Positions 13,960-28,389 are shown, numbered from the whole stretch's first letter. The stretch is 63,478 nucleotides of DNA, filler included, from Octopus bimaculoides (GCF_001194135.2; 4 parts of 4 records of this genome joined end to end with filler, not necessarily neighbours in it); one strand, 5' to 3'. A program made the numbers and translations. The notes: a model not told the origin generated them from the sequence alone.

Positions 13960-14184
13960 CTCTCTCTATTCTTATTTCTTTATTGCCCAGAAATGCTAAA
14001 CATAGAGGGGACAAACAAGGACAGACAAAGGGATTAAGTCGTAACTGGTACTTAATTTATCGACCCCGAAAGGATGAAAAGTAAAGTCGACCTCGGTGGA
14101 ATTAGAACTCAGAACGTAACGACAGACGAAATATCGCTTAGCATTTCGCCCGGCGTGCTAACGATTCCGCCAGCTTACCGCCTT
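13960..14184 (-). mobile_element. SINE family B, near full length
   Basis: Reverse complement begins AAGGCGGTAAGCTGGCGGAATCGTTAGCACGCCGGGCGAAATGCTAAGCG. Confidence 0.8.
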
Positions 14185-14334
14185 CAATTCTAAGGCTCTC
14201 TCTATTCTGTCTCTTACACCGCTCTGTCGTAAGTTTGTTGGCCGAAAGGTGTTAATGTAGATAATATGACGTGAAGTAGAGAACAGGATTATCATAATAC
14301 TGATGTTTATGCTGATGCTCACAGATTTTATGGC

Positions 14335-14445
14335 TACTGGCGACGAAAACGGAAATGATGACGACGACGACGACGGAGATGATGATGAGGAGGAGGATGA
14401 TGATGATGAGGATGATGATGAGGAGGATGATGATGATGACGACCA
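14335..14445. repeat. (GAT/GAC/GAG)n trinucleotide tract
   Basis: Directly visible; explains the poly-D/E and poly-S ORFs. Confidence 0.9.
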
Positions 14446-14519
14446 TTGTGGTGATAATAACGAGATGCGAAAGGCTACTACTACTATTATTACTACTACT
14501 ACAACAGTCACTAATACCA

Positions 14520-17500
14520 TACATACACACGTAGTACGTACGTTCATGCATACATACGTAGTTACGTACGTAGGTATATACATGCATACGTAGTTACGTA
14601 CGTACATACATACTTAGTTACGTACGTACATACATATGTAGTTACTTTCATATATATATAAGTAGTTACGTACATGGGTACATACATACATGTGTAGTTA
14701 CGNNNNNNNNNNNNNNNNNNNNNNNNNNNNNNNNNNNNNNNNNNNNNNNNNNNNNNNNNNNNNNNNNNNNNNNNNNNNNNNNNNNNNNNNNNNNNNNNNN
14801 NNNNNNNNNNNNNNNNNNNNNNNNNNNNNNNNNNNNNNNNNNNNNNNNNNNNNNNNNNNNNNNNNNNNNNNNNNNNNNNNNNNNNNNNNNNNNNNNNNNN
14901 NNNNNNNNNNNNNNNNNNNNNNNNNNNNNNNNNNNNNNNNNNNNNNNNNNNNNNNNNNNNNNNNNNNNNNNNNNNNNNNNNNNNNNNNNNNNNNNNNNNN
15001 NNNNNNNNNNNNNNNNNNNNNNNNNNNNNNNNNNNNNNNNNNNNNNNNNNNNNNNNNNNNNNNNNNNNNNNNNNNNNNNNNNNNNNNNNNNNNNNNNNNN
15101 NNNNNNNNNNNNNNNNNNNNNNNNNNNNNNNNNNNNNNNNNNNNNNNNNNNNNNNNNNNNNNNNNNNNNNNNNNNNNNNNNNNNGACCATTGTGGTGATA
15201 ATAACGAGATGCGAAAGGCTACTACTACTATTATTACTACTACTACAACAGTCACTAATACCATACATACACACGTAGTACGTACGTTCATGCATACATA
15301 CGTAGTTACGTACGTAGGTATATACATGCATACGTAGTTACGTACGTACATACATACATACGTAGTTACGTACGTACGTACGTTCATACACATATACGTA
15401 GTTACGCACGTACAAACGTACATATATACATACGTACTTACGAAAAGTACGTACTTACATACATGCATACATACGTAGCTAGGTAGGTAGGTAGGTACGT
15501 ACATACATATATACGTAGTTACGGACGTACGTATATACATACGTAGTTACGTACGTACGTACTTACATATATACGTATTAAGTGCGTACGTACGTACGTA
15601 CATACATAAGTAGTTACGTACGTACATACACACTTACAAAGTTACTTACGTGCGTACATACATTCATACGTAGTTTCGTACGTACGTACATACATACGTA
15701 GTTACGTACATACATACATACGTAGTTACGTACGTACGTGCATACGTATTTACGTACGTAAGTACATACATATATACGCAGTTACGTACGTACACACATA
15801 CATACGTAGTTACGTAATTACGTACATACATACATACGTAGTCAGGTACATACTTACGTCCGTACGTACATGCATACATACGTAGTTACGTACGTACGTA
15901 CGTGCATACATACATACGTAGCTACGTACGTACACACATACATACATACGTAGTTACGTACGTGCGTACATACATACATACGTAGTAACTACGTACGTGC
16001 GTACATACTTACATACGTAGTTACGTACGTACGTACATACATACATACGTAGTTACATACGTATGTATATGTACTTACATACATAGGTACTTACGTACGT
16101 AAGTTCGTGCATGCATACATACGTAGATACGTACGTACGTAGATAATTACATACGTAGTTGCGTACGTGCGTACGTACATACATACATATGTATGTACGT
16201 AACTACGCATGTATATATATACGTACGTACGTACGTAACTACGTATGTATGTTTTATACATACTTACATACGTAACTACATATGTATATATATACGTACG
16301 TACGTACGTAACTACGTATGTATGTTTTATACGTACGTACTTACGTAACTACGTATGTATGTATATACGTATGTACGTACACAACTACGAATATATATAT
16401 ATAGATATATCTCCGTACGTACGTATGTAACTACGTATGTATGTATGTACGTTCGTACTTACGTAACTACGCATGTAAGTATGTACGTACGTACGAACGT
16501 AACTACATATGTATGTATGTACGTACGTACGTAACTACGTATGTAAGTATGTACTACGTACGTAACTACGCATGTATGTATGTACGCACGTATGTACGTA
16601 ACTACGTATGTATGTACGTACGTAACTACATATATATGTACGTCGATACATACATACGAAGTTACGTACGTACGTAAGAACGTACATACATACGGAATTA
16701 AGTATGTACGTACATACATACATACGTAGTTAAGTACGTTCGTACGTACATATATATGTGGATATGTACGTACGTATATACATACATACGTACTTACGTA
16801 TGTACGTACGTACTTACATACATAAGTAGTTACGTACGTACATGCAAACATTCGAAGATACGTACGTACGTACGTAGATATATACATACGTAGTTACGTA
16901 CGTGCGCACGTACATACATACATACATACGAAGTTACGTATGTACGTACGTACATACATACATGCGTAGTTACGTACGTACGTACGTATATAAATACAAA
17001 CGTAGTTACGTACGTACGTACATACATACATGCGTAGTTACGTACGTTCATCCGTACATACATAATACTTAGTTACGGACGTATGTACGTACATACATAT
17101 ATATGTAGTTACGTACGTACGTACATAAAATATATACGCAGTTATGTACGTGCGTAAGTATGTACATACATGCATACGTATTTACGTATGTACGTACATG
17201 CATACATGAGTAGTTACGTGCGTACATACATACGTGGTTACGTACGTACATACATCCATACGTAGTTACGTACCTACCTACATATATAAATATATACGTA
17301 GTTACGTACATACGTACGTACATACATACATACGTATTTACGTACGTGCGTACATACATACGTACGTAATTACGTACGTACGTATATACATAGATAGTTA
17401 GGTACGTACGTACGTAAATACATACATACGTATTTACGTACGTACATACATACAAACATACGTACGTACAAACATACATACGTAGTTACGTATGTACATA

Positions 17501-17716
17501 CATATGTACATACATATGTACATACATACAAAATTAGTTACGTACGTGCTTACGTACATACATACATGCGAAGTTACGTACGTACGTCCGTACATATATA
17601 ATACCTACGTACGGACGGACGTACGTACATACATATATACGTATTTACGTACGTACGTACATACATATATATGTATTTACGTACATACATACATATATAC
17701 ATACATACATACGTAT
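14520..17716. repeat. Complex satellite built from TACG/TACA tetramers with a recurring TACGTAGTTACG unit (interrupted by a gap)
   Basis: Hundreds of TACG/TACA units; explains all the YVRT/CMYV ORFs. Confidence 0.95.
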
Positions 17717-19428
17717 TATTTAGGAGGAGNNNNNNNNNNNNNNNNNNNNNNNNNNNNNNNNNNNNNNNNNNNNNNNNNNNNNNNNNNNNNNNNNNNNNNN
17801 NNNNNNNNNNNAGGAGGAGGAGGAGGAGGAGGAGGAGCATGGAGACATTAGTATTATCGGTGTTATTTACATCACATGTTAGTAGTGATTGAACAGATGC
17901 ATGATCAAAGACATTCCATCCATGACGTTCTTGGTGATCGTAGAGTCTAGAACTGTTCTCCAATCTGCAGGCTTATACTTAGAGAGATTCCATCTACTCT
18001 GACCATCTTGCAATACGTTTACTCATCTTTCAACTTAAACTTGAAAAATTCGATGAGGAATCGACCAAAAAGCAAAGCAGTAGGAGCACTAGATAACGGA
18101 CTGGTGCTTGTTAGCAAGAACTATGTGGATTTACATATGTCCAATGGGTTTGAAATCTCTTCAATGTTTTGGCTTTATACGAAAATGTTGAAAGCATGTT
18201 AGTCTTACGATTAGTTTTATGCTTTTGACATAATCAGCATGGGGCATTTTAGCTGGTGGCGGCAATGGTCTTTAGCACTACTTCTACATTAACCCTGAAC
18301 TGAAAGAACTCGTGATCAAATCTATTCTAGCTACGACCACCACCTTCATTCAATATATTTATATATATATGTTATGTGCCATTTCTTTGTTTAAATTGGT
18401 AGGTTTAGAGGCGATTTGGCTGCTATTTCTAACAATTCGTTCAACCGAGTAGACGATCTTGCTATCTAGTGATAAGCAACAGCCCATGAAGCGTTATTTT
18501 TATCGTGTTCCTGCATATATCATCGTACATATATTTATTGGTGTCTTATTCAACATAAATAGCAGCCACAAACAACAACTACAGCAACAATAACAATAAA
18601 AGCAAATGCAGCTACCAAACAGCATCGTCAAAATTACAAACACCTAATTACACATTTTAGTTCTTTTCCAAGTTCTCCTGGCAATTTTTTCAATTACTTT
18701 TTACTTGAATTCCTCAAACACCAAGCCTTTATTTCGCAAACCTTACTAATTTAGTTGTATTTCTTCATCTGGCCGTAGTTCCATACTATTTCCCCTTCCG
18801 GCAATGGTTCCATTCTATTTCTCACAGATAATAAAGCATCGATTTCTTCTTTCTGTACATTTTAGTGGTTATAAAAATTAGATGTAATGTTCTACATTAT
18901 TGGACATTCCGTACTCTTCCTCTCTATTGTAACTCAAAACTATTTATTCCAGTCTAGAAAATAAAAATTAAAATAAAAACACTTTACTTCTATGTCGCTA
19001 CTGACAAAATATTATTGGCTAATAATTTTTTTCCTCACTGCATAATTATTAGTAGTCTATTCTACATGCAATCAAATACTTTAACACTAACTTACCTGTA
19101 ACTCATTGTGTGATTTTTTTTATGCGTATGGCTATTCAGAATAATACTCTAAAGAATCCTATTTACCGACACCGACCAATGGGCATTTTGTTCATCTGCT
19201 AAGGGATTCGTTCATCAATACATTCCGCAAGTTTGGTTAAGTCCGGAGTTGTGAGGGAGTTGTCTGTTGTACATGATACAAAAATGAAAACAATGTTAGT
19301 CATTGACTAATATTACATTTTTTTTTAGTTGTTTTCCATCGCCACGTAATTATTTATAGTTAGCTATTTAATGCTCTTTCCATTAGAAATATTAACGTTA
19401 ATTAATTGTATTAATATTGCTAGACAGT

Positions 19429-19525
19429 TAAGGCAGCGTGCTGGCAGAATCGTTATAAGGCCGGGCAAACTGCCTGCCGGCATGTCGTCTGCCTTCGTAT
19501 TCTCAGTCCAAATTCTGCTGAGGTT
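19429..19525 (+). mobile_element. SINE family B, 5' part
   Basis: AAGGCAGCGTGCTGGCAGAATCGTTA..CAAATTCTGCTGAGGTT. Confidence 0.65.
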
Positions 19526-19724
19526 ATACATGTGTGTATGTGTGTGTGTGTGCGTGCGTGTATGTATGTATGTATTCATGCATTTATGTATGTATATATC
19601 TTTGTATGTTTGTTGTTTGTTGTGAAGGCAATGGACAAAAGCAAAGAGAAAAAGACAACGCAAGTTGGACAAGTTTTGACAAATATTGTATTAATTTTAT
19701 TGCTTGAAAAGAAAGTAAAATAGC

Positions 19725-19758
19725 CTTTACGTTTCGGATCTTAGTCTTTCATCAGAAG
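19725..19758 (-). ncRNA. Degenerate minimal type I hammerhead ribozyme motif at the edge of a PLE-like terminal region
   Basis: Minus strand reads CTT-CTGATGA-aagactaagatcc-GAAACGT-A-AAG. The core boxes and stem I are intact; stem II pairs poorly. Confidence 0.45.
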
Positions 19759-21949
19759 AAAAGTATAGAAAAAAGCAAAGAAGTAACTGAAAACAAAAAA
19801 TAAGGCAAATGGAAAGGAAGTTCTAAGAGGTAGTTAAGAAAGGATAAGGGATGGATGGGTGTGCACGTATAGGAGTGTATCCGTGATTTGAGATTAGCAA
19901 AAGAGGGAAATGCGGTGTGTGTTGTTTTTCATGCATGTGTGAAGAGTTGCACATGTACCGAAATACTGTAAAGAGAGATAGTGAGGATGTGAAATGTGTG
20001 GGAGTGTGTAATCGTTAAGTGCGGATGTGAGGAGGTGGAGGCAGAATTGAGTGTGATGCAAAAGCGAAGGGGAGCAGATTGTGAGGGAGTAATGTATGTA
20101 GGGGTATGGGCATAAAATATTGTTATGTGAAAGAAAGTTGAGAGGAAAAACAGAGAAATAATTTGGACCCTCAAGGAGAGAAAAAAATATATAAATATCA
20201 CGTTGATCAGCTTTTATCTTCTTTTGCCCAAGATCGATAACCAGCATCTAGTAGTTCATTGGTTGTAGCTGATAAAGAACCAATGAGTAACTCTCTATAT
20301 GGTGATGCAACCTGCCTGAAATAACAACCAAAGCTCACTTAAACCACACATTGTTGTTATAAAAAAAGGAATAATGTGGTCCTAGGTACATTATGTCTAT
20401 AAAGCAAGAAACAAAATATAAGAAGACGGCATGGCTGGAATAGAAATCAGCACCTCTCAGTATGTCAATTCGATTGGAGCCGATCTGAGATTAATGAAAT
20501 AATTACTACTACACTTCAACAGTTTTTTGTTTTTTTTTTGTTAAATTATATTTTTGCACAGTTCGTAGTCAATCATCAAACCACTGTCCTTGTAGGTAAT
20601 ATAAGAAACTTTTAATAAGCAATTAATTAGCCCCACTACCACAATCATCGTAGTCATCATCATCATCATCATCATCATCATACTCGTCATCATCAACGTC
20701 GTTATGAACGTCATTTCATCATTCTCATCTTCGCTTTCCTTATAATCACATCATCAGCACCAACAACGATAACAACTGCAACATCAGCTCCATTATCTTT
20801 TGCAATAAAAGTAGTATCTTCATTTATCAAAATTATCATAATTAACGTGTTCATTATATAATTATGTTATTTCCAGATCGTATGGTATTAGGCAATTAAA
20901 GTATACAAATTGCTTTCTTAATTTGTAAGTTCTAATCTGCATCGCTAGCACTTTAACCAACACCGACGCCAGCTTTGCAGCCAGCATTGCTGTCGCCACC
21001 GTCTTCAACATGAGCTGACTGCATGACAGGTCTCTACGTGGTTGTTATTATTGTTGTTTAGCCGTTGATCTCTCCTTTGTGTGCTGAGAACACAAGAACA
21101 AATTATTAAACGTCTCCTTCTCTATGACAGTGGAGCGTGATTGATGTAAATTTGTCTGCTGGTTCAATCAAGTTATGCAGCCTTTCAGAATGTCCCTCGT
21201 TGGTCTCCGGTGGTGTCATACTGTGCTAGAAATAGCAGTCAAGTCTTCTTTTTAGTGCCACGCAATCGCCGTAAGTGAAAGAATACTGGTTAAAGTTAAC
21301 CCTGTTATACATTAATACGAGATAGTCACTACTGGAACGCTTATGCTCCATCAGTATTAACCTGGGCCACCAATTTAAATAAAGACACACGAGGTACTGC
21401 CGTGATGGGTACCCTATGCCTGAAAAAAGGTGGGATTGTCATGGCGGGAATGTGTTTTATATACCTATTTTCCTCAAGCTGTCTTTCTTTGTATAATGTA
21501 CACCCAGTTGTTACTCGTGAGCAAAGTAGGACTTGGTAAAATGTACCATGATTTCACTAATTCTTTTAATGATCTAGGTAATTATAAGCTAACACAGACA
21601 TCCCTTCTTCTATCTCAACCTTGGCCTAACAGAACATCCAGGATGTGACGACTAGAAACAGAGAAAGAGTTGTACAACACCCAGCTAGTAATCATTGAAA
21701 ATAAGTAAAAACAAGTAAACAGAGATGTCATGCCTTTGCAAGAGCACCTATTACTGGTCCAGTAGTTAAATCCACGTTATGATCATGAGCTGGACACTCT
21801 ACTCTTACCGCTAGGGTTCCAACCTTTACTTGGGTAATGCAATCCTTTCAAAAGTAAATGCTGGGCAAAATAATTTGCGGTAATTAGTCAAGTCTCGTTA
21901 CATTCTGCGGGATTAAATTTGATTTGATAATGGTGGATGGCAGAATGTG

Positions 21950-22900
21950 TGACGTACAACTACAACAATGCCTCACTATTTTCTGCAACTATCTTTAGAA
22001 TTATACCATGCTGAGCTTTCTCTTACCAGTCAGATAATTTTGTGTCTTTGTTCTGTTTTGTTTTTCTTTTTTTAGCTATTGTTGTTTCAGCTCTTCCATG
22101 ACTGTCTCAAATCTTTTCTCCTTGACTATTTATTTTTCTTCAAGTGAAGATTTAAATCTTGAGTTTCTTAACTTGTCCTGTTTCCAGGCTTCTAATCTAC
22201 TCAGATTTTGTCATGAAGTCTTCAATTTATTTTCTATTCTCGTTTTCTACATCTGCTTCATCCTATTCTTTCCATGTGGAACACCCGGTATGCTAGTAAC
22301 TACTGCCCCTCTTACATAGATCAATAAGTTAGTATCATCTATTTTCTCTAGGATCAATCTCACTACTAACAGAATCTACTTTCGCTGAAATATAAAGCAA
22401 CTTCTTTCTACTGACACCGTTTAATGCTAGTAATCTTTTTTTCTTTTCTTTACTCATTACTTCCTTTCAACTCATCTAAAATCTTCTAATCTTCCTCACT
22501 CAAGTCACAGGTGTCAATTTTTTCTTCCTAATTGGCAGGGCTATCATTTTTCTCGTAGACTTCTTTGGCTTGAATTATATCACTTCTGCAATTTGCTTCA
22601 TCGTGGTTCTATTTCTTGGTCTTTCTGGCGATATCTTCTACTTCCAATTCAGTCATCTACTAAATTATCCGGTCACTGATCTTTGTTCTGTTACGCCAAA
22701 CATTCTTTTTCTGTAATCTCTTACTTTGGGCTCATTACCCAAGTAGCACTGCGTCACAACCAGTTTCTCTTCATTTGTCTATTTCCTCCTCTTACTCTAT
22801 TATCTACTGGTGCTGACTTAGAAAGCGACAGAGGTTAGTCTGCATCTGTTTTGAACAACTGCCAAGAGGGGGCTGTCCCTTAAGGTCCAGCGTCATTTAC
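21950..22900 (-). mobile_element. R4/Dong-clade element, N-terminal ORF relic
   Basis: NEEKLVVTQCYLGNEPKVRDYRKRMF, VTEQR, MTELEVEDIARK and VMEELKQ match the R4-type N-terminal pattern CY..S.P..RGYRKRM..TEQR..ELEEI; many stops. Confidence 0.5.
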
Positions 22901-23683
22901 ACTGTTACCACTAGAGTTTCTATCGAAACTCATTTGTCTCATAAACTGAGGAAAGATAATGTTTGTGTTTTTATCGTATATATATACATATATANNNNNN
23001 NNNNNNNNNNNNNNNNNNNNNNNNNNNNNNNNNNNNNNNNNNNNNNNNNNNNNNNNNNNNNNNNNNNNNNNNNNNNNNNNNNNNNNNNNNNNNNNNNNNN
23101 NNNNNNNNNNNNNNNNNNNNNNNNNNNNNNNNNNNNNNNNNNNNNNNNNNNNNNNNNNNNNNNNNNNNNNNNNNNNNNNNNNNNNNNNNNNNNNNNNNNN
23201 NNNNNNNNNNNNNNNNNNNNNNNNNNNNNNNNNNNNNNNNNNNNNNNNNNNNNNNNNNNNNNNNNNNNNNNNNNNNNNNNNNNNNNNNNNNNNNNNNNNN
23301 NNNNNNNNNNNNNNNNNNNNNNNNNNNNNNNNNNNNNNNNNNNNNNNNNNNNNNNNNNNNNNNNNNNNNNNNNNNNNNNNNNNNNNNNNNNNNNNNNNNN
23401 NNNNNNNNNNNNNNNNNNNNNNNNNNNNNNNNNNNNNNNNNNNNNNNNNNNNNNNNNNNNNNNNNNNNNNNNNNNNNNNNNNNNNNNNNNNNNNNNNNNN
23501 NNNNNNNNNNNNNNNNNNNNNNNNNNNNNNNNNNNGGGATTGTTAAAAAACATTCCTGATGCCAATTGGATTTAGCCAAATATATTGATAGGAAGATCAT
23601 CAATATATATGTGTATGAAAAGTTATTTCGTAATTCAAGATTAAACACATTTATTTTTCCTGAAGAGATCTAACAATATTACA

Positions 23684-23687
<4 letters not shown>

Positions 23688-23752
<65 letters not shown>
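23688..23752. repeat. (TTA)n-(TTG)n microsatellite
   Basis: Directly visible. Confidence 0.95.
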
Positions 23753-23753
<1 letters not shown>

Positions 23754-25662
23754 CTTAGTATTCGCCTTTGTAATGTTGCCTTCATCCGCCAGCGTGATGG
23801 TAAATAAAGACATGATTATTTTATAAAACTCTTTTTTTTCTTCATAACAATCATAATTTGTTTCTTTAATATTACGTGAAACATGAAAACTATGAATAAA
23901 CAATAATAATGCAGATACCCGTGATGATGATGACGATGACGACGATGATGACGCTGTTGATGATGATAATACTAATGATGATGATGATGATGATGATGAA
24001 AAGAATAAAAAATATATAGATTTACAATTAGAAACGACAGTTATTTTAGCTACTAAGCTAAATTATGGTGATTATATAAACAGACAAAAAAAAAGGAGCA
24101 TTATTTTGAAATGTGTATTGCAAAAACAAAAACAAAAAAGAGAAACGGAAAATATAGCAAAACAAAAGAGACAAAACCAGTGAAGATAGACGACCAAGAT
24201 TCAAACACATGACGTGCATTACATTTTTTTCCCTATAGAAAATATCCAAATTAAAGTATAATTGATAATGATAATGATGATGATGGTGGTGGTGGTGGTG
24301 GTGGTGGTAGCGAAGGAGGAAAAGTGATGATGGCATTGGTGGCGACGGTGGTGAAAATGATCAGTGTGGACAATAATAGTAGTTGCGTGTAAGCGTGTGT
24401 GTGAACAAAAGCGAAAGGGCATGAGCGGTGTAGCAATGCGTATGCATTATATGTGCGGTATGTGTGTGTGTGCGCGCGCGCACTCACACTCATGCGCTCG
24501 CGCACGCACACACGCACACACACAGACACACACACGAACACATACACAGACATGCACGGACATATGAAACAGCAGTTTATTATAAAGGAAACCATATAAC
24601 AAAAAAGATAGCTGTTTTACATGCTCATAACAATTAAACACGCATAGAAACACACACACACACACACACACACAGAGAAATACACAACATATACACACGC
24701 CGAAAAAAAACCACTCGCATCTACACACATACACGCAAGAAACNNNNNNNNNNNNNNNNNNNNNNNNNNNNNNNNNNNNNNNNNNNNNNNNNNNNNNNNN
24801 NNNNNNNNNNNNNNNNNNNNNNNNNNNNNNNNNNNNNNNNNNNNNNNNNNNNNNNNNNNNNNNNNNNNNNNNNNNNNNNNNNNNNNNNNNNNNNNNNNNN
24901 NNNNNNNNNNNNNNNNNNNNNNNNNNNNNNNNNNNNNNNNNNNNNNNNNNNNNNNNNNNNNNNNNNNNNNNNNNNNNNNNNNNNNNNNNNNNNNNNNNNN
25001 NNNNNNNNNNNNNNNNNNNNNNNNNNNNNNNNNNNNNNNNNNNNNNNNNNNNNNNNNNNNNNNNNNNNNNNNNNNNNNNNNNNNNNNNNNNNNNNNNNNN
25101 NNNNNNNNNNNNNNNNNNNNNNNNNNNNNNNNNNNNNNNNNNNNNNNNNNNNNNNNNNNNNNNNNNNNNNNNNNNNNNNNNNNNNNNNNNNNNNNNNNNN
25201 NNNNNNNNNNNNNNNNNNNNNNNNNNNNNNNNNNNNNNNNNNNNNNNNNNNNNNNNNNNNNNNNNNNNNNNNNNNNNNNNNNNNNNNNNNNNNNNNNNNN
25301 NNNNNNNNNNNNNNNNNNNNNNNNNNNNNNNNNNNNNNNNNNNNNNNNNNNNNNNNNNNNNNNNNNNNNNNNNNNNNNNNNNNNNNNNNNNNNNNNNNNN
25401 NNNNNNNNNNNNNNNNNNNNNNNNNNNNNNNNNNNNNNNNNNNNNNNNNNNNNNNNNNNNNNNNNNNNNNNNNNNNNNNNNNNNNNNNNNNNNNNNNNNN
25501 NNNNNNNNNNNNNNNNNNNNNNNNNNNNNNNNNNNNNNNNNNNNNNNNNNNNNNNNNNNNNNNNNNNNNNNNNNNNNNNNNNNNNNNNNNNNNNNNNNNN
25601 NNNNNNNNNNNNNNNNNNNNNNNNNNNNNNNNNNNNNNNNNNNNNNNNNNTATATATATATC

Positions 25663-25706
<44 letters not shown>

Positions 25707-25744
25707 TACAAAATAATATCCAATATATATATGTGTGTGTGTAT

Positions 25745-26700
25745 ATGCGTATATGGGTACAGGACGTCACCAAAAGTGCAAATAACATGAAATACGTAAA
25801 CAACCGAGGGAAAAACGAGTGGAATACGTAAATAACGAGAAAAAATGGAAAGCAGGACAAGTTAACACAGAGAAAGGTCTCAGCGTCAGTTGTCAGCTGT
25901 GTATCTACTCCTCATTTCGAGCATTCAACGACAATATAAGTCTTCAAAGACAGCTGCTCCCATAAGGTTTAAAATAACATTTAGGATTTATGGAGCGTCA
26001 AAGTTGGGAACAAAACAATGAGAGTGGAGATATACAAGGAAACCAGACGAAAACAAACTTGGAGGGTCAGTAGACCAGAACGAGAGGAAAATAGTGAATG
26101 ATGGAAGAAACTTTTCTTCTTTTTTTTTTTGAAAAGAGAAAAGATGGAAGAGAAAGAGAGAAACACGTTCGTTCGTTTAAACGTCTGTGCAGGAAAAGTA
26201 AGATGGTCACGTGGGGAAAAGAAAGATGGACGATGGTCACATGTGAGCAACGAGGGAGAGAGAGAGAGAGAGAAAAGAGAAGGAGGGGAGAAACAGGGAT
26301 AGATAGAAAACGGTGAAAGGGATAAAAGGGAATTACAGAAGGATATAACCTAATGAAAAGAAAGAGACAAGGAAACATTTCTTTAATTATAAGTTACAAT
26401 TGTTTCCGTACCACATCATTGGATTATATACTCTTCGGGAAACCGATTTGACAATGTAATAGTCGTGAAACTTGGATTTTCTACACCTGAAGAATTCCAG
26501 ATTTGGCCTGGAATCCGACAGTGTTGATAGCCCAGTATTCGGGTCGAGTGCTTCTCTGGAAATACTCCAGCTTCACACCCCACCTGACCTAAACCATTTT
26601 GTTATGTATATATATATATATATATACACGTAACTGGTGAAAAACGAGAATGAATACTCGACACTGCATTGGTGGATAAAATTTCTTTATTTGTGTATTA
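25745..26700. mobile_element. Probable PLE terminal (pseudo-LTR/UTR) relic with a degenerate HHR at 26483-26524
   Basis: Purine-rich UTR-like tract, plus ACAC-CTGAAGA-ATTCCAG[loop]CTGGAAT-ccgaca-GTGT (perfect 7-bp stem II; GAAA box eroded). Confidence 0.4.
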
Positions 26701-26753
26701 AGACTAACGTTGGTTTCATGTAAAGAAAAATATCTTAATATCTTAACCATTTT

Positions 26754-26853
26754 NNNNNNNNNNNNNNNNNNNNNNNNNNNNNNNNNNNNNNNNNNNNTTA
26801 ATTAATTAANNNNNNNNNNNNNNNNNNNNNNNNNNNNNNNNNNNNNNNNNNNN
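26754..26853. other. Artificial scaffold linker N44-TTAATTAATTAA-N44
   Basis: Exactly 100 nt with a 12-mer that has stops in all six frames; identical structures at 57308-57407 and 60826-60925. Confidence 0.9.
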
Positions 26854-26967
26854 TGGTCATTCCTCTTATTCTTGTATGTAATATAATTTTAATCTTCGGA
26901 TTTTTTAATATGCTAGACCACTGGTTTTAATTGATCAATATCAATTTCTACCCTCATTAATAAATTT

Positions 26968-27006
<39 letters not shown>

Positions 27007-27467
27007 AATCATGATGATATTTTCATAGTTCACTTTGAATTTAACGAATTTTAGATTGTCTTGATAACATTGTGTTAACATATACTTTTGGATATTTTTC
27101 TGTATCTAAATAAGCTGGCAAAACAGAAATGTTCGTTGGTATTGTATGGTGTAATCACCAATCAAAGATACGATTTTCTCCATTCTCATTCTTGTTATAT
27201 ATATATATGTATTTTTATCAGCCAGAAGTACACAGATGGCCTTGTTTATAATTTCTTAGAACAAACTGAACCTAAAACCATGTGGCTGGGAACTTCTCAT
27301 CTACACAGCCACGCTGGCTAATTGAATTTTCATGTGACCTTGGCATCTCTTATTCAGATAATCTGACATTCACATAAATGATGATGGAATAATTAGGGGA
27401 TGGATGGTAAATTTTTTGAAATCTGTGTGTTCATTTTTCTTACCTACTGTCTCTATATTTCCTACAG

Positions 27468-27551
27468 TATAAGCTGCGACTGACGAAAGATGCCACAGTT
27501 GAACTACTCAAAGACAAGCTGTCAAAGAAAACTAGTGTCAAAGCTCGAAAT
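27468..27551 (+). CDS. USP19: USP19-like ubiquitin-specific protease, internal exon A (YKLRLTKDATVELLKDKLSKKTSVKARN), phase 0-0
   Basis: Strong polypyrimidine tract ending TTTCCTACAG, 84 nt stop-free, GTAAGC donor. Aligns by eye to the USP19 segment KFLVSVSKENSTASEVLDSLSQSVHVKPEN and joins exon B in frame. Confidence 0.8.
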
Positions 27552-27565
27552 GTAAGCAATTGTTG

Positions 27566-27602
<37 letters not shown>

Positions 27603-27603
27603 G

Positions 27604-27747
27604 AAGGTGGCGAACTGACAGAAAAGTGTGTTGGACAGAATGCTCAGCGGCATTTTGACTTTCTCTACAGTCTGAGTTCAAATTCTGCCAAGGTTGATTT
27701 TGCGTTTCATAATTTCAGGGTCAATGAAATAAGCATCAATTGAGCAN
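27604..27747 (+). mobile_element. SINE family B following a (TTA)n tract, about 50 nt downstream of exon A
   Basis: GAAGGTGGCGAACTGACAGAA..CTGAGTTCAAATTCTGCCAAGGTTGATTTTGC. Confidence 0.7.
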
Positions 27748-28087
27748 NNNNNNNNNTATTTGTGTTATTGTTTATACTTTACCACACTTGGAACCTTCCC
27801 TGTGTAGGATTTTGAACGTGCAATGGACCATGGACTGCATGGCAGAGTATGCTGGTTTGTGATTTTATGTATATGCTGAGCGTATCTGGGCTATATTTGT
27901 TGATGTTTGCATAACTGGAAGGACAAATCTGTATATTCTCTAGTATGTAAGTGTCTCTACACACTGTTGATACACATGTATGCTGTCTTTAACTCTTCCT
28001 TGGTGTCTTTATTAAGATACCTCGATTCTATTGGATCCTGCAAATAATTGTGTGTGTGTGTGTGTGTATGTATCTCATCCTCCTCCT

Positions 28088-28385
28088 CATCATCATCGTT
28101 TAACATCTGCTTTCCATGCTGACATGGGTGGGACAGTTTGACAGGAGCCAGCCAGGCAGAAGCCTGCACCAGACTTTGGCAGGATTTTTACAGCTGGGTG
28201 CCCTTCCTAAAGCCAATTACCCAGCAGTGTGCTTTTTATGTGGCACAAGCCCAGGCGAGGTCAGTTTTGGCAAGCTTTTTACAGCTGGATACCCTTCCAA
28301 ACACCAAGCACTTTACAGAGTGGACTGGATGCTTCTTAAGTGGCACCTGCACTGACAGGGTCACCAAGTAACCTGCAAGACAAAA
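28088..28385 (-). mobile_element. RTE LINE 3' UTR fragment with (GAT)n tail
   Basis: Matches the sequence that follows the RTE ORF stop codons at 41497 and 43795. Confidence 0.7.
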
Positions 28386-28389
28386 ATCT

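Noticed and set aside
14158-17900. Numerous long ORFs (YVRT/CMYV, poly-S, poly-D)
   Set aside because: They are translations of microsatellite and satellite DNA and of N runs.
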